The translations under genes were made by a program, and so were the position numbers. DNA of 64,000 bases from an uncultured Chloroflexia bacterium. GTDB taxonomy: Bacteria; Chloroflexota; Anaerolineae; CG2-30-64-16. The notes beneath the pieces are model-generated. The model searched no databases, was not told the DNA's origin, and saw only the letters and a list, made by a program, of their open reading frames with translations. Every line of letters starts with the position of its first letter. The first letter of the stretch is position 1. This document shows positions 60,574-64,000 of the stretch, one piece after another. The stretch spans positions 1,664,001-1,728,000 of the forward strand of contig CAWEMM010000006.1 of NCBI GenBank assembly GCA_963810095.1. Direction: 5' to 3'.

Positions 60574-60627
60574 GGAACCCTCCGTTGCGGACCGGCGTGA
60601 AAAAGGCAAATACGCGTATTTGTTACA

Positions 60628-60656
60628 ATCATACCACAGGCTACACGCAGAGTCAA
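60628..60656 (-). promoter_or_regulatory. Sigma70-type promoter of the LysM gene
   Basis: TTGACT-17 nt-TATGAT with extended TG. Confidence 0.7.
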
Positions 60657-60680
60657 TATGGCATTTTCTGGTTGACTTTG

Positions 60681-61877
<1,197 letters not shown>

Positions 61878-62030
61878 CGGGTAGCATCTCCTCGTTGAAG
61901 TGCTTGCGTTCGTCGCTGTGGGGCACGCCGGAGCGTCTGGCGGGCCGGCACGGACGACAGGCGCCAGTATAGCACTTCGAGGACGGCGTCGCAACGGGGA
62001 CGGCGCAGGCTCCGGGCCGCGCGAATTTCC

Positions 62031-62059
62031 TTGACCGCGGCCCGACGCAGTGCTAGTAT
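62031..62059 (+). promoter_or_regulatory. Sigma70-type promoter
   Basis: TTGACC-17 nt-TAGTAT with extended TG. Confidence 0.55.
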
Positions 62060-62140
62060 GTCTTTAGGTTGCAGTGTTGCTGCAAATCAGTCGTCCACCG
62101 CCGATACACCCGCTTCGCAGTCTGGTGGAACGGAGGGAGC

Positions 62141-64000
62141 ATGGGCGATCTACCTTCGGGCCATCGTTCGACTTACCTGCCCTTTCAGTTGAGCAGCTTC
62201 GTCGGCCGCGAGCGCGAGATGGCCCAGCTCGAGCCGCTCGTCCTGCGTAACCGCCTCGTCACGCTGACCGGCGCAGGTGGCGCCGGGAAAAGCCGGCTGG
62301 CCTTCGAAGTCGCCAGTCGCCTTGCGCCCGAGTTCCCCGACGGCGTGTGCCCTGTCGAACTGGCCCCCCTGGAAGACCCGGCGCTTGTGCCCCGCGCCGT
62401 GGCGCACGCATTGGGCATTATCGACCAGGCAGATGACCGTTTGGTCTACAGCGTCATCGTGCGCCTGGATGCGGGCGAGCGTTTACTCGTCCTCGATAAT
62501 TGCGAGCACGTACTATTCAGTTGCGCCGCCCTCGTGGAGACCCTGCTCTGCCGCTGCTCGTCGGATCTGCGCATTCTGGCCACGAGCCGCGAGCCCCTCG
62601 CGGTGCCGGGTGAAGTGGTATGGCTCGTGCCTCCCCTTGCCGCGCCCGATGCCGGCGCCTTGCCCGACAGCGGCGCAGGTCCACAATTTGACACTATCGC
62701 GGCGTTTGAGGCCGTTCGCCTGTTTGCGGCGCGCGCCGCAAGTGTCGCGCCCGGTTTTACCCTCACGGCCGCGAATGCACCGGTCGTGGGCGAGCTTTGC
62801 GGGCGCCTGGAGGGACTGCCCCTCGCGATCGAACTTGCAGCAGGCCGCGTCCGGGTGCTGACCCCGCGCCAGCTCGCAGAGCGCCTGGCCGAGGGCTTGG
62901 ACGTACTCTCCGACGGCGCTCGGCCGGCTCTGCCCCACCACCACACCATGACGGCCGCTATCGGCTGGAGCTATTGCCAGTTGAGCGCAGAAGAGAGCGC
63001 CGCGCTCCGGCGCCTGTCGGTCTTTCGCGGGGGCTGGTCGCTTGACGCAGCCGAAGATGTTGGCGAGGGTGTTACGGCGCGGTCCGCCATCCTTGCCGTG
63101 CTCGCGCGGCTGGTGGAGCGTTCGCTCGTAGTGGCCGAAGCGCGCGACGACGAGATGCGCTACCGGCTGCTGGAACCCATCCGGCAGTACGCGGCCGAGC
63201 GACTGCGCGAGGCGGCCGAAGAGGACGCGGCCCGGGAACGACATTTTGCGCACTTCCTGGCGCTGGTGGAGACCGCCAGGCCCGAGCTGCGCCGCGCGGA
63301 CCAGCTCCAGTGGCTGGACCGGCTGGATCGGGAGCGCGACAACCTCCGGGCAGCGCTCAGCTACGGCTTGCAGCGCGCGTCCGCGTCCAGGGACTTCGCC
63401 CAGCAGTGCCTGCGCTTCGTCCATGCCCTCGAGCCGTACTGGTCCACGCGGGGCGACCAGCGCGAGGGCTTGCGCTGGACGGACGAGGCGCTGACGTCGG
63501 AGCATTCCGCAACACGTGACGTCTTGCGCATCAGGGCGCTCACTAGCGCGAGCCTGCTGGCGCAATCGCAGAATAAACCTGAGACCAGACAGGAACCCCA
63601 CGTGATAGAAGCCCTGGAGATCCTGAACGGAACGGATGAAAGCTGCGACCACGAGCGGGCCGAGGCGTTGCGCGTGCTGGGCCGGGCAAGAATGGGCTTC
63701 TTCGAGTGGAAGGGGGTCCGCGAGCTGTTCGAGGAAAGCCGGTCCCTGTTCCGAAAGACCGGCGACCGCCTCGGGGAGGCGGACTCAATAGCAGCGATAG
63801 GCAATTTTCTGCGCGAAGACGATCGGAACGAAGCGCGCGCGCTATTTCAGCAAAGCATTGCCATGTACGAGGAAGCCGGCGACCGCCTGGCGCAGCTAAA
63901 CCCGCGGCTTCAGCTGGGCCATATCTGCTTTTTCGGAGGAGAGCCGGAGCGCGCCGAGACCCTGCACCTCCAATGTCTCCATCTGGCCGAAGCGTCGGGC
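62141..64000 (+). CDS. STAND/NB-ARC-like ATPase with TPR repeats (AfsR/MalT-like regulator family); runs off the window, absent from the ORF track
   Basis: Translated by hand from ATG 62141 after GGAGG: LSSFVGRERE, LVTLTGAGGAGKSRLA, LLVLDNCEH, TSRE.L, LEGLPLAIELAA, YRLLEPIRQYA, all in one frame. Confidence 0.9.
   Translation, partial: MGDLPSGHRSTYLPFQLSSFVGREREMAQLEPLVLRNRLVTLTGAGGAGKSRLAFEVASRLAPEFPDGVCPVELAPLEDPALVPRAVAHALGIIDQADDRLVYSVIVRLDAGERLLVLDNCEHVLFSCAALVETLLCRCSSDLRILATSREPLAVPGEVVWLVPPLAAPDAGALPDSGAGPQFDTIAAFEAVRLFAARAASVAPGFTLTAANAPVVGELCGRLEGLPLAIELAAGRVRVLTPRQLAERLAEGLDVLSDGARPALPHHHTMTAAIGWSYCQLSAEESAALRRLSVFRGGWSLDAAEDVGEGVTARSAILAVLARLVERSLVVAEARDDEMRYRLLEPIRQYAAERLREAAEEDAARERHFAHFLALVETARPELRRADQLQWLDRLDRERDNLRAALSYGLQRASASRDFAQQCLRFVHALEPYWSTRGDQREGLRWTDEALTSEHSATRDVLRIRALTSASLLAQSQNKPETRQEPHVIEALEILNGTDESCDHERAEALRVLGRARMGFFEWKGVRELFEESRSLFRKTGDRLGEADSIAAIGNFLREDDRNEARALFQQSIAMYEEAGDRLAQLNPRLQLGHICFFGGEPERAETLHLQCLHLAEASG

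Overview
GC-rich bacterial window, probably Chloroflexota/Anaerolineae-like. This is inferred from gene families, GTAG-type REP hairpins and C-terminal LPxVxR tails, and is not proven. Many conserved genes carry single-base frameshifts that look like long-read indel errors. Left to right: exosortase + EpsI, HIT protein, fabH/fabF, a GH5 hydrolase, an operon with a GalU-like protein, a GHMP sugar-kinase/UDP-sugar pyrophosphorylase fusion, an NTPase, zwf and pgl, then Lia-like envelope membrane proteins and menA. A ~35 kb cell-surface glycan locus follows (18.6-53.4 kb). It contains nine GT4s, one GT2, three GT-C membrane proteins, Wzm/Wzt, a Wzx flippase, a pyruvyltransferase, methyltransferases, two paralogous coiled-coil proteins, two large secreted proteins and a candidate S-layer protein with four repeats. 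The right end has psuG, clpC, an eRF1-like protein, a CbpA-type J protein, a LysM lipoprotein, kbl and a truncated STAND ATPase/TPR gene. Main hypothesis: the short C-terminal tails of the two secreted proteins resemble the leading beta-strand of the surface-protein repeats, which the first repeat appears to lack, suggesting a strand-complementation docking system. No rRNA, tRNA, CRISPR array or transposase was recognised.
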